This document shows positions 27,701-38,033 of a DNA stretch of 64,000 nucleotides, one piece after another (the stretch's first letter is position 1; every line of letters starts with the position of its first letter). The stretch lies in contig CAJINV010000006.1 of NCBI GenBank assembly GCA_905178155.1, forward strand, positions 1,241,876 to 1,305,875. Reading direction: 5' to 3'. Under the pieces are notes generated by a model that searched no databases, was not told where the DNA came from, and worked only from the letters and a program-made list of their open reading frames with translations. A program made the translations under genes and the position numbers. The DNA comes from Amoebophrya sp. A120. Its lineage: Eukaryota > Protista > Dinoflagellata.

Positions 27701-30700
27701 GCTACGTACGCGGGCACGGCGTTTGTCATGCGGAGTAGGTATCTATCAGGAACCCTTCTAAAACTAAAATTGTCTGATGCTGGGCCATTCATTGCAGGGA
27801 ACATCGGTCATGAGAGATATGCATGACAGATCTTGCATTCTTCCAGACCCAGACATTTTTGCAGCTGATAGAAGAACTTGCGCAAAAGGCTTGGAGTAAA
27901 AATCGAAGCAGCAAAAGCGCAGAGCAGCGCCGTGCCGATGCTTCAGCGTGTCTTCCGGATGAACACGGAAACTGCAATGGGAGGCATCATCTTCCCCCAG
28001 GAGTCAAAGTTGCGGGACTTGGCCTGGCAGAACAAGTCTGCAGTGGCGATGAGCTGTGTAAGGGGCAAGCTCAACTGCTTCGTTGAAAACTTCTGCGACG
28101 GCATCGAGACGCTGATGGCGAAGCGAACAAACTGGGCCCAGGTCGGGAGAATGTTTTGCGCGAAACTCGGCACCGAGATCGATCCGAAGTACGAGGACTG
28201 GAAGGAGGACATCAGAGAGTGCCAGGTCCAGTGCAAAATCCGAGGGTCACCGATCGAGGCGCTGGTGTTTCTGCATAAAAAAGACACTAGGCAACTGGAC
28301 CTCGGGCGGCCGGCCTTTCGACTTCTCAACGCGTGCGCGCTGGCCGAGTTTAGTACGGCGCAGAACGATATGGACTGCAAATGTGTCTGGTTCTGGATGA
28401 AGATTCTAACTAAAGCTGTGATGCTGTCTCTTGATCCGAAAAAAAAAAACTGTGTTGCATGACCAGCCAGGGCGCTGCAGTTTGTGCTACGCGGAGAGGG
28501 CATGTCTCATGTGGTAGAGGCATCGCAAAGCCTTCTCAAAATCTGTGATGCCAGGTCATGCATCACAGAGAGACATCAGGGGTCATGCAAAATATGCTTG
28601 CATGTTGACAAACCTTCCATTCTTCCAGACCCAGACATATTTGCATGTGATAAACAAAAGGGACCTCAAGCAACTTTACGAACAGAAGCAAAAGAACGCG
28701 GGGACGGTGAAAATGGTCGGGCGGCACAGTTTAGACCAAATTCTGAAACACGAACAGGCGGGAACGGAGGCAGAGTTCGCAGCTGCTTGCGCGTCCCTGT
28801 ATCTTTCCAACAGGTGCCGGGCGCCCTTCCAGAGGGAGAAGAACGCACACGAGCGGTCCGACAAGGGCGCGAAGCGGGGGCCGCAGGATGGAGATGAGCG
28901 CTTTGCAACGAAGGTGGGACTGAATGCGGCGGACGTCCGTGCAGCGGCGCGCGCGGCAGCACCCGAGCCCGTGAAGAAGAAGGCTCACGCGGGAGGAGGA
29001 GTGGGCGCGGACGCCTCCAAGCTCGTCCTGAACGAGGCCAACGACGACCTGAAGAACTCGGTTTTTGAAGGGCGGGAGGAGGAGATTATGCCCGCCGAAT
29101 ATCTCAAACACGAGACACCCGCAGCGACTGCGACATTCTCAAAAAAGCAGGTGTCGCTGCTGGAGCATGTGACGGCGCAGGGGAAGAAGAAGAACGGAAC
29201 TGGGGCGGGTGGCAGTGTGCCCACAGCAAATATGTCTCTCTGGGTCGTCTGCAGAGTAAGTTCGAACAGTGGCGTAAGTCTGTGAGTGAAGGGTGGTCGC
29301 GCTGCAATATAGAGGCAGGCACGACTGCAGTTGTGATGTGCTAGAAGCGGTGGCAGTGCCCTGCGCCTCCATTCGCATGGTATATTGCGTCTGCCCGTCA
29401 CAGATTTAAGTGAGGGTCATGCCAAACAAGCATGGCGGGCAGACTTCAAATCTTTCCAAGGCCAGACATATTTGTAATGCATACAGGAGTAGCAGCTCGA
29501 GCGCCAGTAGCAGTCTTGCCGCGAGCAAGCAAGCGGGAGGACGGGGGGTGGGCAGCGCAGGGAGCAGTAGCAGAGTCGCCGCCGGGGCTGGCCACGCCAT
29601 GAAGGAGACCTTGCTTGGAGAGTCGTCCGCAGCTGGGCCGACTGGTAGTTTGAAGATGAGCCTCGACCACGGCTTCATGAGCTCGACCGTTAGTAGCCGC
29701 CTAAAGCAGGCCAACAGCAGCAAGCCCAGCAGCTCAGTGTCTTCCTTGGGGAAGGCGGGCAGCGCTGCCACCTCGTCGTCGAAAGTGCTGCAGCCTCCGG
29801 CGCCTTATCAAATGCAAATGTGTCTCAATGGGTCTGGAAGGGTGGAATTTGTAATGCTGTCTGCGGATGATAAAAGTATCTGTGTCGCATGAGTAGCAAG
29901 ACCAGTCAGCTCTTGGCACGCGGAGAGGGCATTTGTCATGCGTAATTTATTAGCATCAAGAAGCGAAAAATCTGTGATGCTAGCACCAGCATCACAGACC
30001 TCACGGGTCATGCAAAATCTGCATGACAAGCCCCGACTCCTCCAGACCCAGACATATTGATATTTGCAGTTCATACGCCTTCGAAAAAACCTGCGGAAAG
30101 TACACTGCAGCCCGCGGCCTCTCACGCAGGCCGCCCCGTCGCGGCAAAGGGCAAAACCTCGGGGGGGCCCAGCTCTAGCTCTACGGCGAGATCGTCGGCG
30201 AACGTGAAAGAGGACTTTTTATCAAATGCAAAGACTTATCTATGTCTGGGTCTGGAAGAGTGCAGGAGTTTGCCATGCAGTTTCTTTTTGCATGACCTTG
30301 ACCCATGAGGTCTGGAATGCGGCATCTAGCATGACAGATTCTGCAACGTCTCTGCCATGCCTATCTTGCATGAGAGGTTCCTTCTCAACGAACTTGGTAA
30401 TCATGCAGCACAGATTTTTTGCATGATTCGAATTTAGCATGACAAGTTGCCATCTTCCAGACCCAGACATCTTTAAAGTGCATTCTTTTTCAAGATGAGC
30501 AATACGCTGAGCGCTGGCGGTACAATTGGATTGATAATTACAATAATGATACAAAGGGTGTGTTTGGGTGTATGTCGGTTTCTCTTTTGTCTGCTGGTGC
30601 TGGTGCGAAGATGAAATCTATTTTACAGATAGCGCCTCTGCGGGTAGTGTTGCAGTCAGATACGTGCAGCAAGATATATAACCCTCTGAATCAGGTCGCG

Positions 30701-33188
30701 GCGCGGAGGTTGCAGCCGCCGGCCACGTGACCGGAGGACCCACTGGCGGCGCCACAGCTGGCGGCGGTTCAAAAAAAAGGGCTAGGGTCGTAAGGAACGT
30801 GCAGGTCGACGGGAATAAGATTCGGCGGGTCGAGGAGTCCGAATCCGAAGAGGGCGACCGGGATGCTGATGGGAAGAAGTTCGGCTGAAGGGTGAGTGGT
30901 TGTGAGAAGGTCGCTCCGCTTCGAGGGGATTTTATAAATATAAATAAACGTAGTTGGAAGCAAAACTAAATCTGGTCTGAATGCCGATCCTATAGTGAGT
31001 TTTTATTTTCTGGGCCTTTTCCTATCTTCGTCTTGTTGAGATTTATATAGGGCCCAAAGTCAACATGACTCCACGCACTATTTTTTCAAGGTTCTAGCAC
31101 AAGCATTTTTTGAAAATCAACAAACAATTTGTAGTCGAGGCGCTAGCTCTGAAAGTCTCAGTGTGCAAAACCAGGCAAAGCCCTTGGTTTGTAGGTCTCT
31201 ACGTTTCTAAACAACAAGCGAACCCACTTTGCTGAAAGAAGCAGAATTTTCTCGAGCGCATCGGATGCTTGGGCGCTTTCAGAATTCCAGGCCAAAAACG
31301 ATGAGAAGTCAAACTAACAATATGAATATGAGTGAAGATTTGCGCGATGAGAAAGCAACATGAAGATTTGCGCTGCGGTGTTGGATTGTGGTCTTCCTTT
31401 TATTTTGTTTGGAATGGGCGCGATATTTTTGCAACGGGTGGGAGGGAGGTATCAAGTGCAAACTAATATGTCTGGGTCTCCTGGAAGAGAGCAAACGTTC
31501 GCCATGTGATTTCTGATGCTGCACGTGCACACAGGTCCTCTTTCATGCATGAAAAGCATTTAAGAGACTCGGTTGGTGTTTCCTAGTGCCTAGCCTGGGC
31601 GGCAAATGACCTCTCCTGGAGACAAAGACAGCACATGCAGAGCTGACAACGCATCACAGATTTCAGTCATTCCAGAATCCGCACCAAGTGCACAAATACA
31701 CTCTTCCAGGCTCGGACATATTAACTTTCGACGCATAATGGCACCCGCTCGGCGTGATGCTTACCGGTCTGCAGGGGGGCGACACAAAAGTTCATAGAGC
31801 ACAGGAAACATGCATGAAGTGCGCTCGTATCGTGCGCCGTTTTGTAGGAACATTTTTTATATTCATTCCAAAAAACAACACAGGTCCGCTTCCGGGTTCC
31901 GACACTCGACACCTTCCGGTCATTTTGCTCAAAATCCAGCAGTCATAATGTCATATTGTCATATTGTCATAATGCATATTGCTCAACGTGTCGAAATTTT
32001 GCTAGTTAATGTAATGTGCAAACAAAAAAAGACTTCTGATGCGCGACTTGCGTACACAAAGCCACCTGTCATGCTGGTGGAGAAGCGCTACTAGGGCTTG
32101 CCCGTGCCAGACAGCACTTTCTTCTGCGGTCCGCATCCGTTCCCTACCAGCATGACAACTCACAAATCACGCCACACAAATTCCACTTTGAGCTATGGGG
32201 ACGAGGGGGGATTTTTCATTTTGATAGCCAAAGCCTCGTCCTCTCACACCGGCGTCACTGTGGGCACCGAGCACGCGACGCTTTCTGCCGAAAAATGCGA
32301 GGCGGGCGAGATTCTGGCCTGCTGCGACACGCTCTGCGACGCGGCGAACCCTGAGCTGTTTAAGTCCGAAAATTTTGAAGCCGTGTGCAACCGGGACTGC
32401 GCGTACTGCTACAAGAAAGACGAAGCCCATTGCCACAGCCTGTACCCGTGGGCGCCGAAGTCCGAAACCGCTGCCTCGGCGGCCGCTGCCTCTTCCTTTA
32501 CGGAGCAGAAAAAAATGCAGAAGGAAGGCGTATCCAGAAGAAAAATCACTGCCCCAAACACTTCCCAGAAAAGTTCTTGTCATGCAAATCTACGTGCCGA
32601 AAATTATGTTTCTCATGCGCAGCTGGAGCCCCAACATGAGAGGCGCTTTCTCTTCGTGTTTTGCAATTTGTCATGCTTGAGTCAAACGATAAGCAGCTCA
32701 ATCTGTGATGCTGCTGCACCAGCTAGACACAACTACAGTAGGATCCCAATAAACTTGTCATGCGCATCAAGAGGCAAAAGTTGCTGATTTATTGTCTACA
32801 AGATTTTTTATCTTGGCAACCCCGGGATTGTGTCGTGGGCCCCCGTTTTTTCTCAGGATGAGGTTGCAGCGGTGAAACCAAAGCCTCGTCCTCTCACACC
32901 GGCGTCACTGTGGGCACCGAGCACGCGACGCTTTCTGCCGAAAAATGCGAGGCGGGCGAGATTCTGGCCTGCTGCAACACGCTCTGCGACGCGGCGAACC
33001 CTGAGCTGTTTAAGTCCGAAAATTTTGAAGCCGTGTGCAACCGGGACTGCGCGTACTGCTACAAGAAAGACGAAGCCCATTGCCACAGCCTGTACCCGTG
33101 GGCGCCGAAGTCCGAAACCGCTGCCTCGGCGGCCGCTGCGGCCGCTTCGTCCTTTGCGGAACAAAAATCCAGCTCCGTCATTCTCTAA
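15769..33188 (+). CDS. Probable secreted Pro-rich protein with PAN/Apple-like motif and two C-terminal Cys-rich repeats; one intron carries the 11-kb hAT element
   Basis: caaaaaATG, 45-nt GT-AG intron 15772-15816, hydrophobic N-terminus MVLATALLLGFF. Frame restored across introners at 15998, 17935, 18515, 19482, 19670, 19961. Exon 20814-20866 joins 32232 to give EQQKKEKEGCDGGPKASSSHTG, matching repeat 2 EQKKMQKEGCSGETKASSSHTG. The link across 20400-20813 is not resolved. Confidence 0.55.
15998..16285. mobile_element. Introner family F
   Basis: TATGAGAGTGCAC...TGCACTTTCATA; removal with 5 nt joins the 15817 and 16305 ORFs. Confidence 0.7.
17935..18198. mobile_element. Introner family E
   Basis: TATGGCGTTCTCAGCTGTTACAC...GTGTGACGCTTGAGAACTCCATA; DR GAAGG/GCAGG. 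Confidence 0.85.
18515..18763. mobile_element. Introner family E
   Basis: E-type TIRs; DR AAGGA/AAGGC; frame restored. Confidence 0.8.
19482..19623. mobile_element. Introner family B
   Basis: TATGCCTTGCAA...TTTTGCAAGGCATA; DR decayed; frame kept. Confidence 0.75.
19670..19893. mobile_element. Introner, minor family H
   Basis: TATGCCCAGAAAAAGCTGTCTCGGTCTCAA / TTGAGACTGATTCGGTTTTTTCTCGCGATA; DR AAACT/AGACT. Confidence 0.7.
19961..20259. mobile_element. Introner family E
   Basis: TATGGAGTTCTCAAACG...GTAACGCTTGAGAACTGCGTCATA; frame restored. Confidence 0.75.
20400..20460. mobile_element. Introner family B, left half only
   Basis: TATGCATTGCAAGAGTATCGTAC; no matching right TIR found. Confidence 0.55.
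20921..21034. repeat. Left subterminal CAATATGA/TCATATTG array of the hAT element
   Basis: Multiple 8-mers in both orientations. Confidence 0.75.
22793..30614 (+). CDS. hAT-family transposase (TTF-type zinc finger, DDE RNase H-like core, hATC dimerization region), ~1460 aa, split by 14 introners at 13 sites
   Basis: Spliced exons total 4392 nt in one frame. Motifs: WLEWS..GCSLCRKC..QKQHTGGQGH (ZnF), CLSADEKD (D1, 25263), LQFDGA (D2, 25452), LLCGAH (CxxH), HSRWN, FSTAQNER (E). The C-terminal end is less certain. Confidence 0.85.
23058..23336. mobile_element. Introner family A
   Basis: A TIRs; DR ATCCG/AGCCG. Confidence 0.85.
23673..23819. mobile_element. Introner family B
   Basis: B TIRs; DR GACCA/GGCCA. 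Confidence 0.88.
24045..24206. mobile_element. Introner family B (reverse orientation)
   Basis: TATCCTGTGCAAAAGTATCG...CTTTTGCAGTTCATA; DR GAAAG/GACAG. Confidence 0.88.
24429..24703. mobile_element. Introner family A
   Basis: A TIRs; DR CGTGG/CTTGA; frame restored. Confidence 0.85.
24998..25235. mobile_element. Introner family E
   Basis: E TIRs; DR AGAAT/AGAGT. Confidence 0.85.
25867..26036. mobile_element. Introner family B (CAT start variant)
   Basis: CATGAATTGCAAAAG...TTTTGCACAGGATA; frame restored. Confidence 0.75.
26135..26425. mobile_element. Introner family C
   Basis: TATCCTATTTAAAAACGTCCCCGC...GCGGGGACGTTTTTACTCAGGATA; DR CTACA/CTACA. Confidence 0.9.
26874..27134. mobile_element. 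Introner family A (first of stacked pair)
   Basis: A TIRs; DR TTATT/TTATT. Confidence 0.85.
27140..27296. mobile_element. Introner family B (second of stacked pair)
   Basis: B TIRs; DR TTATT/TTACT. Confidence 0.85.
27576..27870. mobile_element. Introner family A
   Basis: A TIRs; DR GAAGA/GAAGA. Confidence 0.88.
28369..28652. mobile_element. Introner family A, inside the putative catalytic Glu codon
   Basis: A TIRs; DR AACGA/AACAA; join gives STAQNER. Confidence 0.88.
29218..29483. mobile_element. Introner family A, degenerate
   Basis: Right TIR intact, left decayed; DR CAGTG/CAGGA. Confidence 0.65.
29806..30075. mobile_element. Introner family A
   Basis: DR CGCCT/CGCCT. Confidence 0.88.
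30220..30484. mobile_element. Introner family A
   Basis: DR CTTTT/CTTTT. Confidence 0.8.
31450..31737. mobile_element. Introner family A, degenerate, in the non-coding part of the hAT element
   Basis: TATCAAGTGCAAACTAATATGTCTGGGTC...; DR not matching. Confidence 0.6.
31942..31984. repeat. Right subterminal TCATATTG array of the hAT element
   Basis: GTCATAATGTCATATTGTCATATTGTCATAATGCATATTGCTC, near-identical to 20993-21034. Confidence 0.75.
32228..33165 (+). repeat. Near-identical ~280-bp tandem coding repeat (32228-32510, 32878-33165), Cys-rich domain
   Basis: KASSSHTGVTVGTEHATLSAEKCEAGEILACC(D/N)TLCDAANPELFKSENFEAVCNRDCAYCYKKDEAHCHSLYPW present twice. Confidence 0.9.
32531..32860. mobile_element. 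Introner family C-like
   Basis: TATCCAGAAGAAAAATC...TTTTTTCTCAGGATG; DR AGGCG/AGGTT. Confidence 0.8.
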
Positions 33189-35566
33189 GTGGTCGAGAAA
33201 CAAAACGGTGTTCTATTGCAGCAAACCTGCAGACTAGAAACGCCAGTCATGTTCTTACTATGAATTTATTTCGAAATCACTATCACCGCAACAAAGTAGA
33301 AGTACTAAGTAGCTAACTGTTTCAGATTCAGAAAAAAACCAAAATTTTGTTCACAAAAATCAGTATCTTCGCGTACTAGCACGACTATTCGTATTTTTTT
33401 AGAAATAATGCATTCTCATCGCCCGTGGCCTTTTTTCATGTACATTAATACTAAATTTTTCTCGAAATGAATTTCAGCGAGGACGAGGCGGAGGTGGAGC
33501 CAGTGTCCTTTATTAGACCGAAAGAGAACTACATCAAAACCACACCGACCGACATCATCTTGTTAACGTAAACTAAAGTAAAAAGTATATATTTTTTATC
33601 AGACGTATCCCGCAATAAACGCAAACGCCAGCAAGTGAACTTTATTCAGTAGTAAGTGTCCTCGTATTAATATTAAGCGTAACTATAGACCCAAGAAACA
33701 AGCGTATTTTATCACTATGTAATCTAGAATTTTCTCGCACGACGAACAGCGTATCTATTCCGGAAGACTATAAGTATGCAACACCAACAAGACTTTTCCA
33801 GCAATTGCAACTGTACTACTAGCATTATGCGTATCCCGCAGCCGCAGCAGAAGTAAAAGTAGAAGTCAAAGTACTAGAAAGTATCATCCCGCCGAAAATT
33901 TTTGCTAGTTGTAGTTTCTCTCAGCCATCAGTCGACGTCCTATGCTGCGTACCCCGCAGCAGAACTGGACGTCGAGTGATGGTCCTCAAATCCTCACTGG
34001 AAGATTGTCAGAAAGAGCCCAACAAGCCGAAGCCTTTGCCAGAAAGAACCATCGCTGAATGAAGATCATGTCGTGAAGATGAAGCTACAACAAGGCACCA
34101 AACTCGCGCTACTAGTACCATTTGTGCGATGTAGTTGTAGGTCGTATTTCTAGTCGTGTCAACATCGAAGAAGATGACAACAACAACACGAGGGAAGTAG
34201 ATGATCGTGATGTTAATTGTTGCACAATGCGCCGCATCAGAAAGTACCTTAATAACCTTTGCAGCTACTACGAGGACCACGACATCACTTCATCGAAAAC
34301 AAAGCTGGTGCTCAAGAAGAACTTCTGACTCCGAAGATCCTTATCTTCATCTTCCAACCCTACTAGTTTCACCACCATTAAGTATGAAAAAAAATTTTAC
34401 TTGTTGTCGGGCGGCCCCCTAGTGTGCTGTGTTAAAGCACCATGCGGTCATCGTCGGACCTTTCATCGGCTTCATCGCCGTAGAAGTGCTGACGATGAAG
34501 GAATTCATCTTCGTGTTCACGACAAAGACATCTTGTCAATAACGAAGATCAACGACCTCCACATGATGTAGTAGATGCACTGCGCGGAGGAGGAGCAGCC
34601 CACTGTGCTGGCATGAGTTCACCAGCATGAAGATGATCCGCGGGAGCTCTGCGCACGAGGACCACGTCGGTTCTATTTCGTCTCGTGCCAAGAGATGTAG
34701 AGGTTGAAAAGTGTTGTCGTGCAAGACCTATAGTACCTACCTCCAGGACGACGACGATGATATTCTTTACAACCATCACTACTTTCACGGGACAGGATCT
34801 ACTTCTTCATCTCAACTACACAAAAAACGATCGGAGCAACCCAGTTTTGTGAGATGAGTGTGAAGACCACTCGGGATCTCTGACTGCTTGTCATGTTGTG
34901 CATGTGGAAAAGATCATACCTCCCGGGGAACCACGAAGAGACGGGAGAACAAAGGGTTGTCCTCGTGTAGTTGGGTCTAAGCGGCCACTAATACTAGAGC
35001 GATTGCATTCCTGTAGTTTTGCCCAAGTGTGTGTTGGTGGTCCAAATTCGAAAGCCATGTTGCCGTTTCTGACGCGAGGGCTTGCAACCGCGACCCTGCC
35101 CCTCTCCACCATCTCTCATTTACAACAGGAAGGTCGTAGTTCTTGGGAGGAGCAGCTTCAGATTGTTGGCGACAGCACTTCTTCTTTTGGACTGCACGAT
35201 AGCAGCTTACAGTTGACAACACAGCAGCCATTGCTTGCACGCGGAGGAGGTCGAGGAGAAGCAGAAGGAACAATACTAAAACCAACCGCTTCCCCCTCAT
35301 CATCCTTTCTCTCCGACTACACTAGCGGCAGCCATGATCCTCGTGAAGGCCCCTTCCTTCGCCCCTAAGGCCCCTGGTGTCATGCCGATGCCCGAGATCA
35401 TGATCATGGAAATAAAATTCTCTCCGAACAAGCACGGCAAACCACTTTCTGCTCGCTGCAGGGCCAGTTTCCCTGCAAGCCGGAGGGAAACTACTGCAAC
35501 ATCTCGTGTGAAACGTACGAGGCCTCCTTCGCTCCCAACACTACGCATACCTGCGCGTGCCAGGAT

Positions 35567-35814
35567 TTATCTGGGTCGGGACGATTGCCCGACTTGTCAT
35601 GCATATTTTACATGACCCGTGACGCCTGTAATGCATAGCCTAACATCATAGCCTTTTAGAGGGCTTCCTGATGCTTATTCCGCATGAGAAATGCCCTCTC
35701 CGCGTAACACGAGCTGGAGTCCTCTTGCTAGTCATGCACTACACATTTTTTTGGAATCCAAAGACAGCATCACAAGTTACCACCTTCCAGACCCAGACAT
35801 ATTTGCAATGCATA
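35567..35814. mobile_element. Introner family A, left end lost
   Basis: Right TIR intact. Confidence 0.65.
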
Positions 35815-35891
35815 GACGCATACCTGCGCGAAGTGCTTCGCCACCGGGCGTGCCAGGATTTCCAGGATGCGAAGTGCTTCGCCACCGGGTG

Positions 35892-36144
35892 TGTGCATTG
35901 CAAATATGTCTGGGTCTGGAAAGCTGGAACTTGTAATGCTGGCCTTACATTCCTGTGAAATCTGTATTGCATGACCAACAAAAGTCGCAGCCATTTTTGT
36001 CGCGCAAGAACGCACTTTCTCATGCGGGCTGCCTCTGAGAAAGAGTCCTGGAAAGTTGTCTGGCTGGGCTGCATTCGGAAGTTTTTCCATGATCCACATT
36101 TTAGCATCACAAGTTTCAAGACCCAGACATATTTGCATTTGATA
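35892..36144. mobile_element. Introner family A
   Basis: DR GGGTG/GGGTG. Confidence 0.88.
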
Positions 36145-36321
36145 GGGTGCGTCGAATGTCCCGAGGCGTGCCTGGAAAAATTTCACCTGCAGGACAAGCG
36201 GACCATCCTCGGAACGAAGCTTTTCTGTTGCGCGGAAGCGCTGAGCCGAAAGCAGTGCGACCCTTGCTGCAGTCACGAACACGGGGAGGCGGACTGGAGG
36301 GCCAATCGCTCCCTGCCGGAT

Positions 36322-36574
36322 GAATGTCTGGGTCTGGAAGATTGCAACTTGTGTTGCTGCATTCGCATGTCTAAAAAATTTGTGTTGCATGCGCAGCAAA
36401 AGGAGCCTAATTTTTGCTACGCGGAGAGGGCACTTGTCATGCGAAATAGGCATCAAGAATCCCTCAAAAAAGCTGGGATGCTAGGGCATGCATCACAGAC
36501 ATCATGGCTCAGGCAAAACGTGCATGACAAGTCCCAGAATCTTGCAGACCCAGAGGACATTTTTGCATTTGATA
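36322..36574. mobile_element. Introner family A, left end deleted
   Basis: AATGTCTGGGTCTGGAAG...TTTTGCATTTGATA. Confidence 0.7.
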
Positions 36575-38033
36575 GTGGGGACTTGTTGTGCACTGGAGTG
36601 TCCCTGTGCCGTGCCTGGGACGGACTGTCCGAAGTATAACGAGTCATGATGTTGATCCCATCGGACTTTTACTTCATTTGTGCCATAATCCGATAGTCGT
36701 GTTTGTTGGCAGGATACGATAAAGATAAAATTTAAATGATGTTTGTTGTATCCTCGTCGTTTGCAGCACGTGGTGGTTGTGCCACAGTCGTGCTGACTCA
36801 CTGTCATTTCTTTAGAAGTGATGGCTGACTGCTTGGAAAATTTTGAAACGCGACAGTCTCTTGCTGGTTCAACACGGGATAATTCTTCATAGATTCCATC
36901 ATGAGATGGAGATTATGATGCTGAAATACGCGTGAATAACGGTGTGATAGATTGTCGTGAAGAATTTTTCGTATTAATTTATCAGTTAAGAACCATGGTG
37001 ACGGAGATTAAAGAACTTGCGTTGCAGCTGCAGGAGCTCTAGTGAGTAAAACCTTGTTCAATTTCGTATGCAGGCAGGAGCACGACACGAGCACCAGCTG
37101 CAGGTGGTGCAGCATAGTTCTCTTTCCCAATTGCGAGGCTATTCCGCCCTCGTGAATTTATTTCGGGCTGTCGTTATTTCGCACATGTAATATCATGATC
37201 AATAAGTTTCTCGTCGTTGCACAGAGTAGCCTCAGATGAATCGGCCTGCTGTTGCTCGGTACTATGAACTGAACAACAAGTTCTCAACATCTCACCAGAG
37301 GGGTCGTCGCCGATAAAAAAAAATCTTTTTTTCATCTCTTTTCGTTAATTATAGGTGGTCATGACCAGCTCTATATGGCCCCTCTAAAAGAAGAACTCTT
37401 CCTTTTCCTTTTGTGGGATCCTCGTAGCACGCAGAGTGCTTATAATGATCGGAGCACGCAGACGTGAGGATCGTAGCAACATATGTGGGAATTGCTAGTG
37501 CACCAACGGTGACAGCCATCGCTTTTTTCTCCGAGTCGCTTTTTTTCTTCCACCTCGCATGCTGCTTTTCATCAGCAGCATGATGATACATCAGCGGCAT
37601 GCGAATTCTCGTCAAGCATCGTCTCATCGTCGTTGAGTGTAGTCGTTGTTGTGTCTGTAGATATAATTACGAATAGCAGCTATGTTTTATAGCACACAAC
37701 AACGGGTGGATCATTTTCAACATGGCGGAATCGTTAATATTGCAACGCGTGTCGTGATCGTGAACTAGGGCGCTACTACTCTGTATCACACCATGCTGCT
37801 TCAACTCTTAAGCAAATCAAAATTGAAAACCCAACACACAGCTTCTCTTTTTTTTTTGGATCGGGGAAGTATGTCTGGAGCAATGTATCTGTAGAAAGAT
37901 TTGTTGAATTTGTTCCTTTGTACAAATTGGGGCAATAAATTTGAACTTTTGTACAACTTCTTTGCTCGACTTTGTAACACATAAACAAGAAGAACCCAAG
38001 TAGAAGCCTTTTCCACAGGAGGACCTGCACATT

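Larger units (their letters stand above)
20904..32018 (+). mobile_element. hAT-superfamily DNA transposon, 11,115 bp, probably autonomous type
   Basis: TIR CAGATTACATTAACTAGCAA vs reverse complement CACATTACATTAACTAGCAA (19/20); 6-bp TSD CAAACA (20898-20903, 32019-32024); subterminal TCATATTG arrays at both ends; encodes a hAT transposase. Confidence 0.88.
20867..32226. mobile_element. Introner family G split by the hAT transposon (left part 20867-20903, right part 32019-32226)
   Basis: The halves rejoin into a sequence matching the intact G copy at 63454 (CCCCATATCAAA...TTCTGATGC...TTGCGTACACAAA...GGGGGATTTTTC); DR CCCAA/GCCAA. Confidence 0.85.
35057..36648 (+). pseudogene. Cys-rich protein gene, apparently disrupted
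   Basis: Cys-rich frame (CKPEGNYCNISCE..CVECPEACLEK..CCALECPCAVPGTDCPKY) with an in-frame TAA at 35366-35368, scrambled duplication at 35543-35890 and truncated left TIRs. Confidence 0.45.

Noticed and set aside
20904-32018. This hAT as the direct mobiliser of the introners
   Set aside because: Its termini (CA...TG), 6-bp TSD and TCATATTG subterminal motif differ from the introners (TAT...ATA, 5 bp, TTGTNATGC); only a relative could be argued for.
35691-36639. Recurring ORF peptides such as FQTQTYLQC, QICLGLE, NMSGSG, CKSIALV as a protein repeat family
   Set aside because: They are translations of introner TIRs in various frames.
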